DNA of 63,254 nt, filler included, from Lenisia limosa (taxonomy: Eukaryota > Protista > Breviatea), in the NCBI GenBank assembly GCA_001655205.1. It is 14 parts of 14 records of this genome, joined end to end, with 100 filler letters (N's around TTAATTAATTAA, not from the genome) between each part and the next. Parts side by side here need not be neighbours in the genome. Positions count along the whole stretch, not along the records: positions 51,649 to 63,254 come from LPNZ01006672.1; 13 more parts are not named here. One strand, 5' to 3'. The position numbers were made by a program, and so were the translations under genes. The notes below the pieces were generated by a model. The model made no database searches and was not told the origin of the DNA. It worked only from the letters and a program-made list of their open reading frames with translations. Within the stretch, counting starts at the first letter, position 1. Each line of letters begins with the position of its first letter. Shown one piece after another: positions 60,018 to 63,254 of this stretch.

Positions 60018-62106
60018 TCAGGCATCAGGCTTCATCCCAACAGCTCTTAACTTGGCAATTTCCTGTTCGACCGTTCTGAGAGGTAAGTAGTTGATCATTA
60101 AAAGGATCAGATAAATGTAACGGATGTTTTCAGAAAATATATGGTACTATATGCATATCATATGAAATGTAAGTCTACCTTTTACCTGGTTTGTTGGAAA
60201 AATTTTTCTCATGAGTGAGCCGGAATACGAAAACAACCCCCCTACCCGCCTCTCCTCAAGATACGGAAACGTTGGGGGTCATGTTGGGCCAGGGACACAA
60301 TGGTGGAGCCGAGTCTTGACTCCAGCACTCCACCATCGAAAATACCACCAAGCTGGTCGTGAATGCCGGCAAATTCTTCAATCTGAGGAGTCAACTGGTT
60401 ACAGCAGCCATTCTCAAAGTAGGGTATAAAATTCGTAATCTGGCTCAGTCCAAGGACAACAACCCAGCGTAACTTGTGTGATTTAGATGTAGTGTAGTAA
60501 GAAAGTAATATTATACCTTGACAGAGGAAGGCTCTCCAGAGAGGTTGGCTGACGTCAGAGCAATGGCTTCCTATAGCATAAATAAGCCACAATCTTGTCA
60601 AAACTCATACACCAGTTTGGAAATGCTAAATGCCCTAATGCTCCCAGAAACAGCTAGTGTTCGTGATTATCAAATACTTCCCATCAAATGTTCCTTTTTT
60701 TGATCATGTATTGAGCTTCTGGTTGCAATAGCCCTCATACCCCAAGGGCCTCGACCACCTTCTGTACGAAGTTAAAATCAGGTACCCGGATCGCCTGGTA
60801 TTGGAGTAAGTAGAAATGAAAGCTGTTTATTGACAGTGGTTGACTCCAGTATCTAGGCTCAAAATACATATCAAAGTCAATGAGAAATAAAAATAAGGTT
60901 GTATCTGGTCGGCCGTTCTTATTTTTAAAAGAGCTTAACTGTTCTAAAAAGGAATTCAAGAAAATGTAACCTGGTACTCAACATTGTTTTGATCTTTTCA
61001 CATACGATACAAAAAGTACTCACCACAGAGTGGGCAGTCGGGTTCAGCTTGGGGTTCAGGAACTCTGACCGAGGGAGAACGACACTAACCGGTCCGGGCA
61101 GAACAGCGGTAATGGCGTCTTCTTTGCGGACAACTCCGTATCTAAAACGTGAATTGATACATTGACAAGGATAGGGATAAGCTTTGCGTTAATATTGGTG
61201 AATGCGTAGAAATAACAACTTAGAATGAGAAGTAAATCAAGGGTATTTGGCCGGAGACTTCCACATCAGTGATACAGGTTTTGTTCACCAGAAAAAAAAC
61301 TGTACAAGAAACATTGGTCAAAACCTTCCTTGGATGCTCCTATAAAATAGACTTGAAAGGTGTCTAACTGAACAATCTCCATATCATATCATTGTACACA
61401 ATACCAATGCTATACCCTCCTCCCTACCTGGAAACGTCTTTCACAGCCGGCACACAAATGGGGAGCGGCTTGTCAGCGTCACGGCCTTTGATGCGGTAAA
61501 TGTTCTCAATCCCAGTGTCGGAGGAGACGAGACAAGCGATCTAGGATAAAGTGTAAAAAAGGGAACACAGAAAGCAAATTATCCACAAATATTACAAATA
61601 AGATGATAAAACAAGTTACAACAGACAGGAGTAAGCCCCCCTCACGCCGTAAATAGTGTCAGTAGGAACTGCGATGACTTGGCCATTCTTCAAGAGGGAC
61701 ACGGCTTTGGCCACAGACTCGTCTGAAAAGTTACATGTTAATGTTCATATTCATAAAAGTTTGTTGACAATGAAGCGGGGAAACAAGTCAAAAGGCTATT
61801 TTTACGGAATATGTGGAGGCACTACGTGTCACACCAGATGCTCCAAAGAAAAGCATCACTGAATCTGATCCGGTTCAAAATAGTTTCATTAGTAATAAAA
61901 ACTTGTTTGTCCAACCCCTTCTCAATTTGGATAAGTAAGCATTCCAAAAGCGTATGAAAGAACTCCTTTCAGAGACATGAACGCCCTGACTGTTCTGTCA
62001 AATATTCTTCCTTTTATTGTTTCAAACTCCTATTTTGCTCCCAATATCCCACCAATAGGCTCAGCATAGTAATGAAGAACTTACCAGAAGCGGGGAAAAC
62101 TGCCAT
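60018..62106 (-). CDS. YRDC: Threonylcarbamoyl-AMP synthase (t6A37 biosynthesis, YrdC/Sua5 family)
   Basis: VIAVPTDTIYG|IAC...IYRIKGRDADKPLPI, LPGPVSVVL, AIRVPD, IALTSANLSGEP, STIVSL...FRILRRG. Confidence 0.94.
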
Positions 62107-62529
62107 TTTCTAATATAGTTAATGTCTCGCCTAGAATCAACTTAGAGCTCAATAATATGGTATTTAAGCACAGATTTTAGCGGAGAGGCGTCTTGCAAAT
62201 AATTGTTTTACTTTTACGAAGTACCAGTGTTTATATGTATTTATACTTCCTTGTGCTCTTTTTTCCTTTCTCTTTCTCCCCCATCTCTCTTCACCACTGA
62301 TTTACACTCTATTTATTAGAAAGAAAGAAAAAAAAATCCAACAGACACAACGCGGCTGCAGTGTGACCGAAAGGGTAGGTCGTTCTGCTTTTCCACACGT
62401 CCCCCCCCCCCTTCATTCTTAAGCTATCAGCGGTGACATATAACATATGTGTGGAATCGATAATGGGGAGGATCTATTATGGTTCCCATCGTTCCTTTTT
62501 GAGCTCATTCCCACATTCAGGTTGGTAGC

Positions 62530-63168
62530 ATGGGAGAGTTCCTGTCCGTGCGGGAGTCCGCCCGACTGCTTACATACACTGCGCAAGACGTCTGTGTCAA
62601 CATTGATGGGTGTAAGGCTCTTGCTAAGCGCATAGTGGAGTTTGTTGTGGAGGGCAAAGATGATGTCTTCGGGACAAACACCTGGTGTTTATCGCCACAA
62701 CACCCAAACAAAGTAGGCTAGCTGTCCCGTTCTAGATTTTAACATGGCTTTTCTTTGTTGCGGAACTGATGCACTTTATTTCCAATGACAGGTGGATTCC
62801 GACACACTGAACTGGATCTTTGTCGTGGACTCTCTGAACTTCTCATTTTGGGACGAGAAACCCCTGTACGCAGTGAATTTCGAAGGCAAAACATGGACTG
62901 GCTACTATGTAAGCTGGGATTGATCAGTGTGAGGCATCGCTGTTGTCTTATTAATTAAATATAACCTACTTAAATTGTACCTATTTTTCACCCTCATGTG
63001 ATGTTAGAGTTGTAATAAAGGGTCAAACAAAGTCTTCTTCAGAGCAATACCGCTGGCTTGGCATTTTAACTCCTCACAGTCTCTTTGTGCTACCATCAAC
63101 CGTGCCATTTCTGACGGTGTTCCCATCACCAATGCAGAGTACCTGGCAAATGTGTCTTTGGAAGAGGT
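62530..63168 (+). CDS. QNG1: Queuosine 5'-phosphate N-glycosylase/hydrolase (queuosine salvage, DUF2419/C9orf64), 5' part
   Basis: MGEFLSVRESA..., LNWIFVVDSLNFSFW...FEGKTWTGYY|SLCATINRAISDGVPITNAEYLANVSLEE matches the DUF2419 N-terminus; the gene runs off the window. Confidence 0.92.
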
Positions 63169-63254
63169 GAGAGGGTCGTTTAATTTGATTTATTCTTTCA
63201 TGAAGTTTTTGACTTTTTTTTTCCTTTTGCAAAGGCCCTTGGGAATCATCATAA

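Overview
This is eukaryotic genomic DNA with GT-AG introns, most likely from a unicellular eukaryote; I cannot name the taxon. It is not one contiguous locus. Thirteen artificial 100-bp spacers (44 N + TTAATTAATTAA + 44 N) join 14 short scaffolds: S1 1-2263, S2 2364-5188, S3 5289-13418, S4 13519-15922, S5 16023-18444, S6 18545-20391, S7 20492-25681, S8 25782-32988, S9 33089-36252, S10 36353-39349, S11 39450-43863, S12 43964-47479, S13 47580-51548, S14 51649-63254. Most ORFs in the supplied track are fragments or antisense noise, so I rebuilt genes by manual splicing and exon limits are approximate. Recognisable genes, mostly partial: PIG-L, eIF3d, maspardin (SPG21), glucose-6-phosphate 1-epimerase, clathrin heavy chain, NSUN5/Rcm1, a multi-TM class I cyclic-nucleotide phosphodiesterase, a PH-domain protein, a Patched/NPC1-type sterol-sensing protein, a TACC-like protein, inositol monophosphatase, YRDC/Sua5 and queuosine-salvage QNG1. 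There are also a cadherin-like repeat protein of bacterial adhesin type, a long Cys-rich TNFR-like repeat protein and several orphans. S3 looks different (AT-rich, 25-47 nt introns, frameshifts) and carries pogo/Tc5 transposase relics. Introns are full of short non-autonomous elements. The most striking pattern is three unrelated dispersed repeat families that sit in the sense orientation directly against, or just upstream of, 3' splice sites in many unrelated genes.
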